IMG/VR virus record: IMGVR_UViG_651703040_000001
Length of the DNA: 64,000 nt
DNA from: a virus
Taxonomy: Duplodnaviria > Heunggongvirae > Uroviricota > Caudoviricetes > Demerecviridae
Direction: 5' to 3' (one strand)
Shown here: positions 35,305 to 45,908 of the stretch, piece by piece
Numbering within the stretch: the first letter of the stretch is position 1
How the letters are laid out: every line of letters begins with the position of its first letter
Position numbers and translations under genes: made by a program
Notes under the pieces: generated by a model
Told to the model about the DNA's origin: nothing
Seen by the model: only the letters and a program-made list of their open reading frames with translations
Databases searched by the model: none

Positions 35305-35943
35305 TTACTCTACTTCAATGAAGGTAGAGGCGTTAGACTCGGACAGAACAAAGTCAACATTTGTTGCAAAGTCCTGATATTCCTCGTCATGCTGCTTAAT
35401 CAGCTTTTCCAGTTCCAACGGATCAATCAAGAATGGAGTATTCTTGAGTTCCAGCAGGTTGAGCTGCATTTTAACTTCATCTTCGGAAGTTTTCTTATCG
35501 CGGGTAGCCATGCTATCCTGCAAACGCTCATATTTAGCATCAAACTGTGCTTTCTGCGTATTAAACTTAACCGTAGCGGCATGGAACTGCTTACGCATGT
35601 TAGCCAGCAGTTGAGCTTTAAGTTCCATAGAACGCTTAGCTTCAATTGCTTCCGCAACAGTCATCTTACGAGAGCCAATCTCAACGATTGTTTCCGCATT
35701 GCTTTTAATCAGAGCAGCTTTGATACGATCACGCTGAGACATCATATCCAGGAGAGATTGGAAATCTGCCTTAATACGAGCAGACAGATCGTCTACTTCG
35801 ATTGCAGCGCCAACTACAACCTTATTTTTATCCTTACCCTCACCAACAGCGATCAGAAGCTGCTGTTCAGTAGCTTTACGGATTTTAGCTTCCAGAGATT
35901 TGATGGTTGCCAGAGCACGAGTTTTAGAAATACGAGTAGTCAT
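35305..35943 (-). CDS. hypothetical coiled-coil protein (212 aa)
   Basis: ORF on the coherent strand. An antisense plus-strand ORF was rejected. Confidence 0.55.
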   Translation of the reverse strand: MTTRISKTRALATIKSLEAKIRKATEQQLLIAVGEGKDKNKVVVGAAIEVDDLSARIKADFQSLLDMMSQRDRIKAALIKSNAETIVEIGSRKMTVAEAIEAKRSMELKAQLLANMRKQFHAATVKFNTQKAQFDAKYERLQDSMATRDKKTSEDEVKMQLNLLELKNTPFLIDPLELEKLIKQHDEEYQDFATNVDFVLSESNASTFIEVE

Positions 35944-35995
35944 TGTTTCTTCCTTATATGAAGTTTAAGATTTGAATTTGTTTAAATTCGGTCTA

Positions 35996-36178
35996 TTACA
36001 GACCAATTGCCAGCAGAGTGCGCAGAACAGTATCGTTACTGTTATCAATTTTAGGATTAGCGCGATTTAGCAGATCAAAGATTTTCTGGATACCTGATTG
36101 ACGTTCAGCCATACGACGGATACCCAGATTACGAGTAGCTTTCTTACCATTTTTACGAACATTTTTAGATACTGGCAT
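35996..36178 (-). CDS. small basic protein (60 aa)
   Basis: K/R-rich ORF. Promoter module at 36180-36250. Confidence 0.45.
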   Translation of the reverse strand: MPVSKNVRKNGKKATRNLGIRRMAERQSGIQKIFDLLNRANPKIDNSNDTVLRTLLAIGL

Positions 36179-36248
36179 ATTTGTTTTCCTTTTATTGTTT
36201 TCTCAAATTTATGAATATATTATACAGAATTTTGGAGCCGGAAGCAAA

Positions 36249-36950
36249 TCAAATTTTCATTTTTTCGATCATAGCTGCAACACAATAGCTTTCAACTAAG
36301 GCATCAAATGCAGGATCATGCTTAACCGGATAGATCCCATAACGAATAGTGTCCATCTTCTCCATTTTAGCTATTGCCCAGCTAATACCTTCGGTCTCTA
36401 GAGCCTTATAACTGTATCCAGCTTGCATCCAGAGATTACGAAGAGATCGAACATTACCCAAATTCCAGAATTTCCACGGAACTACCTCTTCATTGGTTCC
36501 AGCATGGAACGTGTTTGCAGAGTAGATAGTCATATCAAACTCTGGGCCATTGCCATAATACAAAGCATTTTCGCCTAGAGCCAACTCCATAATATTTTGA
36601 GCCATAGAGAAGGCAGCATAGTTAGAGCCGAGTTTATTAGTACAATGATGTTTACCGTTTTGGAAGGCAATCAGTTTTGGATTACGTTCCTTCATAGCTT
36701 CCATAATGTGGATAGCAGACGGGCTATTTTTAGCTTGATCCATCCAGAATGCTAGAGTAGATGCTGTAACTTTGGCACCAGAATTAAGCTGATCCTGCAC
36801 ATCCAAAGTAACAAATACTAGATCAGGGTCTTTATCAATCCCATGCATAGCCACAAAAGCGAAAGAAGGCATTGCGATATGAGTAGTACCACAATCTCCT
36901 GGGGTTCCTAGAGATTCAATATCTAGCATACCAAATGGTTTTACTTTCAT
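36249..36950 (-). CDS. DEDDh 3'-5' exonuclease (DnaQ-like, 233 aa)
   Basis: Exo I motif LDIESLG and Exo III motif HDPAFDA. Confidence 0.7.
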   Translation of the reverse strand: MKVKPFGMLDIESLGTPGDCGTTHIAMPSFAFVAMHGIDKDPDLVFVTLDVQDQLNSGAKVTASTLAFWMDQAKNSPSAIHIMEAMKERNPKLIAFQNGKHHCTNKLGSNYAAFSMAQNIMELALGENALYYGNGPEFDMTIYSANTFHAGTNEEVVPWKFWNLGNVRSLRNLWMQAGYSYKALETEGISWAIAKMEKMDTIRYGIYPVKHDPAFDALVESYCVAAMIEKMKI

Positions 36951-36978
36951 AACTTATCCTTTATTGTGTAGAAAACTA

Positions 36979-37215
36979 TTAAAGAGCTGTCTCTTTAATA
37001 GACTCCCACTTCTTGGGGTCTTTAAAACCAGGAAGCATATCCTCACTGACATCCCAGTTTTCTTCCATATAGAAGTCCGGCCATTCATTCCAGCTACCTT
37101 CCAGCTCTTCATAGCAGGTGTCCATTACCTCATGACTAGAAAGTCGTGTATAATCTCTAGCTGACTTATGAGTGCTAGCACGGTTAAAATCGTTCTTTGC
37201 TACAAAATTACGCAT
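36979..37215 (-). CDS. acidic small protein (78 aa)
   Basis: ORF. Terminator at 37231-37248. Confidence 0.45.
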   Translation of the reverse strand: MRNFVAKNDFNRASTHKSARDYTRLSSHEVMDTCYEELEGSWNEWPDFYMEENWDVSEDMLPGFKDPKKWESIKETAL

Positions 37216-37256
37216 AGTTTCTCCAAATAAGAGGGGCTTTCGCCCCCTGATTTAAA

Positions 37257-37473
37257 TCACTTGCCCAGCAGTTTAAGGATATTTTCCATAATAGTTTGGG
37301 CAGATTTTTCACTCTTGTTAGTTTCAGCCAACTTTAAAGCGAGTTCTTCCTGCTGTTTCTGAATATCCGCAGCAATTTTTTTGATCAGCCTCAATACGAG
37401 CTTGAAGCTCATCAGTGATAGTGGTAAAGGAAGCAACAATTTCAGTAACAGAACGTGGTTTCTTAGAGAACAT
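37257..37473 (-). pseudogene. small ORF split by a +1 frameshift at an A7 tract
   Basis: Frame A (MFSKKPRSVTEIV...EADQKN) and frame B (IAADIQKQQEELALK...LLGK) meet at AAAAAAA near 37376-37385. Confidence 0.4.
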
Positions 37474-37537
37474 AAAAAATATCCTTGATTAGTTAGAGAA
37501 TTAGTCGATTGTAGGGGCTTTCGCCCCTATTTATCTA

Positions 37538-38053
37538 TTACTTCGCTTTACGCTTGCGAGCTGGTTTAGCAGATTTACGAGCAGAATCACCCGTGAACTT
37601 AATGCCTACACCGTAACACAGAGCACGAACATTATCTTTACTATACTCTACGCCAAAGATATTTGGCTTAACAGAACCAAACTGTCCACGAGTATCACGC
37701 AATACATCTGCTGTTGGTTTACGCTTCTGGTTAACTGCCTTCTCATAGTCTTTCATAGACATACCATTACGAGAGAACAATTCAGCCCCAGCGTTAAAGC
37801 TCAGGGAAACTGGGACAGATTTGTGGCCGTAATTTTCTACATACATAACCATTTTGTAGGATTTACGGGTGGCATTTTTAGCTTTAGGCTTCTGACGAAT
37901 CGGAGCCGGACTATTCAGTGCTTGCGCAGCCTGAGCATCGGTAGGATGCTTACGCAGGTGGCGTTCCAGACGAGCTTTGCGATTAGCCTCGGTCTGTGGG
38001 AAAGTTTTAACTGCCGGAGCTGCTTGAGTTTTTGCGTTTTTCTGCTTAGCCAT
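37538..38053 (-). CDS. basic nucleic-acid-binding-like protein (171 aa)
   Basis: K/R-rich termini. Promoter module at 38054-38125. Confidence 0.55.
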   Translation of the reverse strand: MAKQKNAKTQAAPAVKTFPQTEANRKARLERHLRKHPTDAQAAQALNSPAPIRQKPKAKNATRKSYKMVMYVENYGHKSVPVSLSFNAGAELFSRNGMSMKDYEKAVNQKRKPTADVLRDTRGQFGSVKPNIFGVEYSKDNVRALCYGVGIKFTGDSARKSAKPARKRKAK

Positions 38054-38136
38054 TATTTATTTTCCTTTTTGTTTATCAATTTATGAAGTATATTATACGA
38101 GAATTTGAAGCGTTTAGCAAATGAATTTTTTAAAAA

Positions 38137-38415
38137 TTATCTACCAACCATCTTAGCTTGTTCGGCATCTGAGACATATTGATACGCTCCTTTATTATAC
38201 GCCGGGGCAGTACACATTTTCTTACGCTCAATCTCTTCTTGAGCTTTTCTTTCGCGTTCAGCTAATTCTTCGTCCAGGTAAACTAAACGTTGCTCTGGAG
38301 GAGGTGGAAGACGTGTTTCTGGCTCACCAATATTAGCCTTTCTTATTTGACGAGGTGATTGTGCACGTTTTCTCAATGGTTTAAATCCTAATGAATTTGA
38401 GTTATAAATCCGCAT
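38137..38415 (-). CDS. hypothetical protein (92 aa)
   Basis: ORF. Promoter module at 38415-38480. Confidence 0.5.
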   Translation of the reverse strand: MRIYNSNSLGFKPLRKRAQSPRQIRKANIGEPETRLPPPPEQRLVYLDEELAERERKAQEEIERKKMCTAPAYNKGAYQYVSDAEQAKMVGR

Positions 38416-38491
38416 AAAGCCCTCCTCACTTTCAATACTAATATTATACTAAATTAGAGAGCTTTAAGCAAGAGAATTTTTAATTTATTTA

Positions 38492-38980
38492 TTACATCTC
38501 AGCCATTTCAGCTTCAGTAATAACTGTGTTACATAAGGCATCTACAGCTTCATTACCACTAATACCAGAATGTCCTTTAACCTTAATAAAGGTAGGGTTA
38601 GTGTTATGAAAGTTGATATACTGCTGTGTTAATTTAAATGCTTCCTGCCAAAGTTCTAGATTAAGAGGAACTTCACCATCTGCTTTCTTCCAGCCTTTCC
38701 TTTGCCAAGAAAACATCCAACTTTCCATGCCATTTTTGCAATAAGCAGAGTCAGTATAGATAGCAATTGGTCTATTATCTTTTTTAACAGACCAACGTAG
38801 AGCTTCTACAATAGCTGTGAGTTCCATCTCATTATTTGTAGTTTTAGGATTATAACCAGATTTAGAACCTAAACGATCGTCGTTATCATCATAGACAATA
38901 AAACCCCAAGCACCTGGACCTGGGTTAGACTTACAAGCACCATCTGTGTAAATGTGGAAAACCGACATTATACCTCCCAA
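38492..38980 (-). CDS. rnhA: ribonuclease H (162 aa)
   Basis: IYTDGACKSNPGPGAWG...TNNEMELTA...DSAY...H motifs of RNase HI. Confidence 0.8.
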   Translation of the reverse strand: MGGIMSVFHIYTDGACKSNPGPGAWGFIVYDDNDDRLGSKSGYNPKTTNNEMELTAIVEALRWSVKKDNRPIAIYTDSAYCKNGMESWMFSWQRKGWKKADGEVPLNLELWQEAFKLTQQYINFHNTNPTFIKVKGHSGISGNEAVDALCNTVITEAEMAEM

Positions 38981-39249
38981 CTAATTTTAAGACCCATGTC
39001 TACAAAGGCGGCTTCTCGGTAGTATTGAGAGATATGATACCCCTTATCCGATAAGGTTTTTAGTACTGATTTAGCTGCTCCTGACATTTCTCTAGGATTA
39101 TATAGCCACCTAGCGTAAGGATTATCTCGAATAATTACTTCTGTATTTCCAGACTTAGCAGCTTCTACAATCTTTTCTTCTATAAACTTTAGAAATGCGG
39201 GTACTTCTGTTAATCCTGCAAGTTCTTGAGCTTCTTTGGCTGAAATCAT
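38968..39249 (-). CDS. hypothetical protein (93 aa)
   Basis: ORF. Promoter module at 39250-39310 and a terminator at 39321-39340. Confidence 0.5.
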   Translation of the reverse strand: MISAKEAQELAGLTEVPAFLKFIEEKIVEAAKSGNTEVIIRDNPYARWLYNPREMSGAAKSVLKTLSDKGYHISQYYREAAFVDMGLKISWEV

Positions 39250-39342
39250 TATATACCTCCAATTTATAAAATATATTATATTTAAATTTCACTAAATAAG
39301 CAAATGAAATTTAAATATAATAGCCCCGAAGGGCTATTTAAA

Positions 39343-40197
39343 TTACACAGTGAATGGATATGCAATAGCAGGATGGTGTTCGTAGCCACGAACAGTAAAA
39401 TCATCCTTGCTTACCCAGGTCAATACATCCTCCAGAGTTCTGATATTTGGATTGATTTCTAGAGTAGGAGGTGCAAAAGGTTTACGATCGAATTGCTTAT
39501 GCTCCATCAAAACATTATACTGATCCTCATAGATATGAAGATTGATAATCTTCTGGCGTGCAATTCCTGGTTTAAGGCCTGTAATCTGAGCCATTAATGC
39601 TAGAAGCGTATAGCACTGAACCATGTTAAATACTTGGCCTAACAGGAAGTCATTAGATCTCTGGAAAGAGTTCAGGTATAATGTATCTCCCAAAATAGAG
39701 AACTGATGAGTGTGCATACATGGACGTAAGCAACCCTTTGAGAACTCTCCCGGATTCCAGAAGGTTAGAATTTCCCCACGATCATCAATGCCCTTTTTCA
39801 GATTATGATAAATCTTGGCTAGTTGGTCAAACATAAGACCATCGGAATTAGTCCACTGACGTCCTTGAACACCATAGACTCGTCCCATATCATCCTCACC
39901 TTTACGGTATGGATTGTCTAGCCAAGCTGAGTTTTCATTTGCATTAGCATTCCATGTGTTAACACCAATAGCGCGGAATTGTGCTGCTGAGTCATACCCA
40001 CGTAGATACCCAATCATTTCCATTATTGCTTGTTTTGCAAACGCCTTACGAGTAGTAATAAGGGGGAATTCCCCTGCACCTACGTTAAAAGTAAAGTCTG
40101 CATCAACAATAGTGAGGCAACGAACCCCTGTTCTAGGATTCGTTACCCACTGACCATCTGATAGAATACGTTTTCCAACTTCGATATACTGATCCAT
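39343..40197 (-). CDS. thyA: thymidylate synthase (284 aa)
   Basis: Active-site [10 protein letters not shown] and other conserved ThyA blocks. Confidence 0.85.
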   Translation of the reverse strand: MDQYIEVGKRILSDGQWVTNPRTGVRCLTIVDADFTFNVGAGEFPLITTRKAFAKQAIMEMIGYLRGYDSAAQFRAIGVNTWNANANENSAWLDNPYRKGEDDMGRVYGVQGRQWTNSDGLMFDQLAKIYHNLKKGIDDRGEILTFWNPGEFSKGCLRPCMHTHQFSILGDTLYLNSFQRSNDFLLGQVFNMVQCYTLLALMAQITGLKPGIARQKIINLHIYEDQYNVLMEHKQFDRKPFAPPTLEINPNIRTLEDVLTWVSKDDFTVRGYEHHPAIAYPFTV

Positions 40198-40730
40198 TAA
40201 TAAGTAACCAATTCCTGTACAAATCGCAGGCTGTTATCACTGTTTGCGCCAGTTGCGTAAACTAAACGAGTAGATTCATAGTTGTAATCTAGAATCGTAT
40301 TATCCAGATGTACATCTGCCTCTAGTTTTTGAGTACTAAAGATCGTGGATACAAAAGCACTTTCAATATGTCCATGAATATACATTTCGTACAGTAATGT
40401 TGCACCACCTAAAACCACTGTCTGTTGATCTTTTAAGAATGTAGGTAATGTATCCCCAATCTTTGAAATTGGGGTATAGATACCCTGTTTAACATCATCA
40501 GGCAGAGGACGATCCGCACGAATAAAGAGGTCGGATTCTCCAATCATACGTTGCCGAACAACTTCTGGAAGTGCTAAATAAGTACCCGCACCAATGATGA
40601 TGTTATCTGGATTCAACACGTCCAGTTGAGAATAGAAAGCATCTAGTTCTTCTTTGAAGGAACCCCATGGAAGTTTACCGCGGAGGCCGAACTCCCCATT
40701 CGGCCCAACTGCATACATTGCTGTAATCAT
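40197..40730 (-). CDS. folA: dihydrofolate reductase (177 aa)
   Basis: N-terminal [22 protein letters not shown]. Sits in a Td-DHFR-nrdB arrangement. Confidence 0.75.
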   Translation of the reverse strand: MITAMYAVGPNGEFGLRGKLPWGSFKEELDAFYSQLDVLNPDNIIIGAGTYLALPEVVRQRMIGESDLFIRADRPLPDDVKQGIYTPISKIGDTLPTFLKDQQTVVLGGATLLYEMYIHGHIESAFVSTIFSTQKLEADVHLDNTILDYNYESTRLVYATGANSDNSLRFVQELVTY

Positions 40731-41872
40731 AAGAAATCTCCAAATTCATTACCCAGATCTTTCAGAGTATCAGTAGAGGTCTCAGTTACCTGACCTACAC
40801 GGTAGGCTGCACCAATCTGGATTTCTTGTGGAGCAGGCTGTAGAGAAGTAGTATCCAACCAGTTCATGATCCACGGAATAGGGTTTTTGGTGATTACTGG
40901 TAAGTGACTAGGCCATTTTACACCGATGTGCATAAATGCATTACGCCCCACAAAATATAGGTACTCTTCTAGAAGTTCTGCGTTCAAACCAATCAGACTA
41001 CGACCTTTGAAAATGAAATGACCCCATTCAATTTCAGTTTTCAGAGTTTTCAGGAGCTGTGCTGGTGCTTTAGCCACTGCTTCATTTACCAGATCTTTGT
41101 CAAATTGCTGAAACATAATCTGGATGATTGCTTTGGACATCTGAGTGTGCAGAGCTTCATCTTTAGCGATTAATTGCAGATTTTTAGCAATACCTTGCAG
41201 AATATCGTTCTCTGCTAATGCAAAGGTACATGCAAAGGATGCGTAAAACTGCATTGCTTCCAGACCATAGATCGCAAAGTAAGCGTCTAATAGTTTAGCC
41301 TGAGTTTCACGTTTAACTTCAGGGAACTCAGTTTCTGGATATGTATTGTCGCCACGATGATCGCGTACTGCGATGAAATACTGACCTAACTGGTACAGTT
41401 CATCGAATAGTTCAACAGAATCAGCGATGCGCGCGAATGCTTCTTGGTTTTTGGTTACAGAATCAATAAATTCTGCTGGATCAGTCAGCACATTACGAAT
41501 AATATTGCTATAAGCACGACTATGCAGGTCTTCAAAATAGCTCCACTGTTTGAGCATACCTTCCAATTCTGGACGACTTACAAGCGGCATAATAGCTGCT
41601 TCAGGGGCACGACTGATAAAGGAATCAGTTTGAGTTTGCCATGCTAAGTTCAGGAGTGTAATTTCCTGAATTTCTCGTGGGAGATTACCCCACTGCTTTT
41701 TATCAGCTTCAAGACTAATTTCAGTTTCAGTCCAGAACTGGGAACGCTGCAACAGAGCTAATCGCTCTAGTTCGGGGTGTGCCACACGCACATAATCTGC
41801 GATACCCAAAGAATCACCGAGGAAAAGATCAGCGTTAGTATGATCCCATTCTAAGTTAAGTAAAGTAGTCAT
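40727..41872 (-). CDS. nrdB: ribonucleotide reductase class Ia beta subunit (381 aa)
   Basis: Ferritin-like di-iron ligand pattern (E...EALH...E...H) and an acidic C-terminal tail. Confidence 0.85.
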   Translation of the reverse strand: MTTLLNLEWDHTNADLFLGDSLGIADYVRVAHPELERLALLQRSQFWTETEISLEADKKQWGNLPREIQEITLLNLAWQTQTDSFISRAPEAAIMPLVSRPELEGMLKQWSYFEDLHSRAYSNIIRNVLTDPAEFIDSVTKNQEAFARIADSVELFDELYQLGQYFIAVRDHRGDNTYPETEFPEVKRETQAKLLDAYFAIYGLEAMQFYASFACTFALAENDILQGIAKNLQLIAKDEALHTQMSKAIIQIMFQQFDKDLVNEAVAKAPAQLLKTLKTEIEWGHFIFKGRSLIGLNAELLEEYLYFVGRNAFMHIGVKWPSHLPVITKNPIPWIMNWLDTTSLQPAPQEIQIGAAYRVGQVTETSTDTLKDLGNEFGDFL

Positions 41873-42366
41873 TTAGCTTCTCCGTTGTTTGCAAAGTCCC
41901 CATGAAGTTCTAGTAGTTTGATGTCTCTCCATTCTATAGCTTCTTCTAGGGTTTTAAAAGTTTTTGTATAAGATTTGCCGTCTTTGCCTATCCTAACCTG
42001 AAATGAAGTGCCTTTTACACGAATATTTTTCATTCCAAGCTGGTTATCCGCTCTTGCACACGAGTTCATAGAATTTTGAGAACTCGTGGCTTCACGGAGA
42101 TTATCCCAGGCACAATTGGACGGATTAGTATCTTTATGGTCGATTTTTCCTTCTGGTATTTCTCCAGTCATATACAAGAAGGCTAGGCGATGAGCTAAAT
42201 ATTGAACTCCTTCAACTTTTATACGAAGATACCCTAATTTATCGTAGGTTCCTGCTTTAGCGTTCCATAAATGCTTTGCTAAAGTTTTTCTTGGGAGCCA
42301 GGTAAATTCGCCAGTTTCAGGGTCATAGGAGATTAGCTCTTTTAATCTACTCTGTGTTAATTTCAT
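41869..42366 (-). CDS. HNH homing endonuclease (165 aa), free-standing between nrdA and nrdB
   Basis: HNH motifs. Paralog of ORF 16724-17221. Overlaps the nrdB start by 4 bp. Promoter module at 42367-42420 and a terminator at 42418-42443. Confidence 0.75.
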   Translation of the reverse strand: MKLTQSRLKELISYDPETGEFTWLPRKTLAKHLWNAKAGTYDKLGYLRIKVEGVQYLAHRLAFLYMTGEIPEGKIDHKDTNPSNCAWDNLREATSSQNSMNSCARADNQLGMKNIRVKGTSFQVRIGKDGKSYTKTFKTLEEAIEWRDIKLLELHGDFANNGEAK

Positions 42367-42447
42367 ATAGATATTATAGCAAATCTGGTAGCGATTAGCA
42401 AGTAAAATTTCAAAGAAAAAGGAGACCCGAAGATCTCCTTGTTTTTA

Positions 42448-44778
42448 TTAAATAGTACAACCACCGGATGCACAACCGGCTGCTTCTTCTCCAGCACCTC
42501 CACCATTTGCGGTATTGAAGTTAGCATAATACCAAGTTTTCCACCCATACTTAACAGCAGTCATGAAATCACGAACTACTACTGGGCCAGGAATGATTTC
42601 ATTCTCAAACTTGGTGTAGTCATAGTACATATTCGTACTGATAGACTGACTGAAGAATTTCTGCATAGTTGCTACCCATTTGATCCACTCGATACGATCT
42701 ACATCATAAGCCAGTTTATAGCTCATTAACGTTTCCCAATCGGTTGCACCTGGAGCAATTGCAATTACTTTATTCACTGCACTACCCTTGATAGATACAA
42801 TCTTACGAGGTGGTTCGATAGAGTTAGTAACACCTAACAGAACAGAAGAACTTTCTCCCGGCATCTGAGCAGTCAGAACAGAGTTACGCATACCATATTT
42901 CAGAATATCTGCACGCAGAGACTCCCAATCCATTTCTAGACCTACGGATACCAGTTCATCAACAGTTTTCTTATACGTGTCGATTACTAGAATTCCTTTA
43001 GATGGTTTAGTACGATCAAACCACTCACATGCACCCTGTTCTTTAGCTAGGCGTACAGAGGCTTTGTGCAGGAAGTAAGATAGTTTTTCAGCTTCACGGT
43101 GGATCCAGTTACGGGCCTCAATGCCTTCGTAAGCCAGACCTTCTGCTGCCATTGCACCTGCTGCGTTCATCAGGCCAATACCAACATTACGACGTTTCTT
43201 AGCCGTATACTCCATAGTTGGGAACGGATAATCCTGAATTTCAATAATTGTATCAACGAATTTCAGAAGAATGTAGCAAGTTTTTTCCCACTCAGCCAGA
43301 GATTCCATGCGTCCAAGTACAACACCACCTAAGTTACACAGAGATACTTCACCAATATCCTCCGGCTTCATTTGATCAAGCTGCTCTTTTGTCTTGTACA
43401 GCTCTGTAATGTGATGGAACGGGCGTGTAGGCTGAGTAATTTCAACACAAAGGTTTGTCATACGGATCGGATCAAGGAAGTTACCGTGACGATTAGATTC
43501 CCCGATGTGATGAGCATACATACGTCCTGTTTCCATTCGGATACGTAGCCAAGTATCTAGGATTTCTTTTGCAGAGACTTTAGGAGCTGCTGGAACTGTT
43601 TTTCCTTCGTGGTCGATCTTTGTAAGAGATGCCACACGTTTCTCCGCTGCCACGTAGATTTCTTCAAATTTAGCCTCGTCATCACTATAAAACGCTTCAT
43701 GAACTTCTGGAGCATAGAAGTATGACATTAGCGTAATATCTTCGTTTTTCAGATAACGTTTTAACAAAAGATTGTTGAAGCTCAGAGAGTAATCCATCTT
43801 ATCGATTTTATTCTCATCTGTAGCACGTTGTTGCTTAACCTGCATCAATTGAATGATTTCAGGGTCGAAGTATGGATAAGACACTGTAGCAGAACCACCA
43901 CGAGTTTGCTGAGTATTGGCCTTTACTGAGCGGTCAATGTGTCGATAATATGGCAGTTTTCCGGAATGCGGGAATGCCCCATTTCGCACCGGATCAGCAA
44001 TTGATCGGCTTTCAAGATGATACCCGATTCCCGCTCTGGCTGCGACCATTTTGAAGACGATGTGCTCGGCGGTGTCGATTGAATCCAATGTGTCAGTGGA
44101 ATCCACGAGGCAGCAACTAGCAAATCCACGGTCACTAGAGCGCAGACCAACCAGTGGCGGCGTAGGAACGTTGATTTTGTGGAGTGACATTGCGTTGTAG
44201 AGGTCGATTGCATCTAGAATTGTCCAGTTAGGTTGAGATAGCATCGCCATTGCCATACCCATGTAGGCAAACTGCGGAGTTTCATAAATTTCACCAGTAG
44301 CTATGTTACGACGGGAATACTTATCAAAGAACTGCTTCAGCCCACCACTAGTAAAAAGACGGTCACGATCATGGTCGATAACCTGATTCAGAGCTTCAAA
44401 TTGCTCATCGGTAATCCATGCACTCATATCTTCCCATGCACCTACACTAACCATATGATCATGGAAGAAGCGTAGAGAAGGTGGTTCGAAAGAATCATAA
44501 AGGCGTTTACGCATTTGCGCAAGACGTAATTCCTTTGCTGGCACATCATATGCTGGATTATCTTTAATAAGACTTTCAGCAGCTTTAATTAATGCATCCA
44601 TCAGAGTGTCGGAATCTACAACCCCTTTAGGCAGAGTTTTTTGAGCAGCCATAGTAATGGCTGACCAACTTACATCAACTGTTTTGCAACCATACTCTGC
44701 CCAACCATTGAGTTTTTCAGGAGCAAAGTCTTCTACAGTACCGTCACGTTTAATTACTTTTTCAATGCGATGGCTCAT
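42448..44778 (-). CDS. nrdA: ribonucleotide reductase class Ia alpha subunit (about 777 aa)
   Basis: ATP-cone N-terminus, catalytic blocks, and a C-terminal CxxGGC...C tail. Start set at the internal ATG 44778 (SD AAAGGAAAG) rather than the track start 44883. Confidence 0.9.
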   Translation of the reverse strand: MSHRIEKVIKRDGTVEDFAPEKLNGWAEYGCKTVDVSWSAITMAAQKTLPKGVVDSDTLMDALIKAAESLIKDNPAYDVPAKELRLAQMRKRLYDSFEPPSLRFFHDHMVSVGAWEDMSAWITDEQFEALNQVIDHDRDRLFTSGGLKQFFDKYSRRNIATGEIYETPQFAYMGMAMAMLSQPNWTILDAIDLYNAMSLHKINVPTPPLVGLRSSDRGFASCCLVDSTDTLDSIDTAEHIVFKMVAARAGIGYHLESRSIADPVRNGAFPHSGKLPYYRHIDRSVKANTQQTRGGSATVSYPYFDPEIIQLMQVKQQRATDENKIDKMDYSLSFNNLLLKRYLKNEDITLMSYFYAPEVHEAFYSDDEAKFEEIYVAAEKRVASLTKIDHEGKTVPAAPKVSAKEILDTWLRIRMETGRMYAHHIGESNRHGNFLDPIRMTNLCVEITQPTRPFHHITELYKTKEQLDQMKPEDIGEVSLCNLGGVVLGRMESLAEWEKTCYILLKFVDTIIEIQDYPFPTMEYTAKKRRNVGIGLMNAAGAMAAEGLAYEGIEARNWIHREAEKLSYFLHKASVRLAKEQGACEWFDRTKPSKGILVIDTYKKTVDELVSVGLEMDWESLRADILKYGMRNSVLTAQMPGESSSVLLGVTNSIEPPRKIVSIKGSAVNKVIAIAPGATDWETLMSYKLAYDVDRIEWIKWVATMQKFFSQSISTNMYYDYTKFENEIIPGPVVVRDFMTAVKYGWKTWYYANFNTANGGGAGEEAAGCASGGCTI

Positions 44779-44920
44779 TTGGCTTTCCTTTTTATAGTTA
44801 TCAGGATTTAAGGAATATTCTACATTATTATTGGTCATTAGGCAAATAAAATTTTCTGATAGAAAAGGCCCGAGTATTTTCATACCCAGGCCCTGTATAT
44901 TACCAGTCTAGCTTTTTAGC

Positions 44921-45142
44921 TTATTCAATTACTTTAGCTCTAGCTACTTCTTTTAATAGAATATCTATGGAGGTGCTCAGCTCGTTATAATTGAATGGTT
45001 TATTTGGATTTGAGGTTACAATTTTCCACGCTAGGGTTGTCTTAGGACTTTCTTCCCCTTCCTTACGTGTAATCATATTAGCAGCACTCAGTGAAGTACG
45101 ATGTATTTTAGTTTTACGGCTCAGATGAACGACGTTTCCCAT
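44921..45142 (-). CDS. hypothetical protein (about 73 aa)
   Basis: Start set at the ATG with SD GGGGAAGG just after the phoH stop. Confidence 0.45.
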   Translation of the reverse strand: MGNVVHLSRKTKIHRTSLSAANMITRKEGEESPKTTLAWKIVTSNPNKPFNYNELSTSIDILLKEVARAKVIE

Positions 45143-45143
45143 A

Positions 45144-45908
45144 TTACACCTTCCCCATGTCTTTAAAAATATCATAGAATGCTTTAGACTCAACAGAACG
45201 AACGTTATCAATCAATTCGATCATTGAGAATGGGGCATTTTCGTATTTCTCATAGACTTCCATAAGGAGCGCTAGACCTGAGTCACCTTTAATGTCTTTC
45301 TGAGCTATATCTCCACAGATAATTAAACGGCAGTCTTGTCCTACACGAGTTAGGAGACAAATCATTGCCTCAACGGAAATATTCTGAGCTTCATCGACAA
45401 TTACATAGGAGTTGTTGAAAGTTCTGCCACGAGCATGTTCGATAGCCAAAAATTTAATTTTCTGACGTTCTACATATCCCTTATATGCATGATCGCCGAT
45501 GGCCCATTTCATACCATCAGCTATTGGCTCCAACCAAGGCTCTAGCTTTTCCGCTAGGTCACCAGGAAGCATACCAAGAGACTTACCTAGAGGTTCATTA
45601 GGACGTACGAGGATCACTTGCTCAATATTTGAGTGAATGTCTACGAGTTCCTGAGCTGCAAGAACGGACGGAATAAAGGTTTTACCAGTACCTGGCTCAC
45701 CGATACCCACAGTCACTGTATTGTTCTTGATCATATTGATATATGATTTTTGCTCGCGGTTTTTACCTACTAGGGATTTAGCAACTGGATTAGCGTAATC
45801 ATTAGAAAAATCAGCCTGAATTACGTTATTCTCATATTTGTTGCCACGCTTTCTTGAACCATTACGGTTCTCTCTTTTTTGACGTGCTTTTCCCATAAAT
45901 AATAACAC
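45144..45908 (-). CDS. phoH: PhoH-like ATPase (254 aa)
   Basis: Walker A GEPGTGKT and the DEAQN box of the PhoH family. Confidence 0.8.
   Translation of the reverse strand: MLLFMGKARQKRENRNGSRKRGNKYENNVIQADFSNDYANPVAKSLVGKNREQKSYINMIKNNTVTVGIGEPGTGKTFIPSVLAAQELVDIHSNIEQVILVRPNEPLGKSLGMLPGDLAEKLEPWLEPIADGMKWAIGDHAYKGYVERQKIKFLAIEHARGRTFNNSYVIVDEAQNISVEAMICLLTRVGQDCRLIICGDIAQKDIKGDSGLALLMEVYEKYENAPFSMIELIDNVRSVESKAFYDIFKDMGKV

Noticed and set aside
35263-35961. Plus-strand ORF of 232 aa, antisense to the minus-strand gene 35305-35943
   Set aside because: The whole 3.8-45.9 kb block is transcribed on the minus strand with promoter modules in that orientation. The plus ORF has low-complexity Leu/Phe-rich composition, which is typical of antisense reading, and has no SD.
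43099-44213. Small ORFs in alternative frames and strands within nrdA
   Set aside because: They are fully embedded in a highly conserved 777-aa RNR alpha reading frame, with no independent signals.
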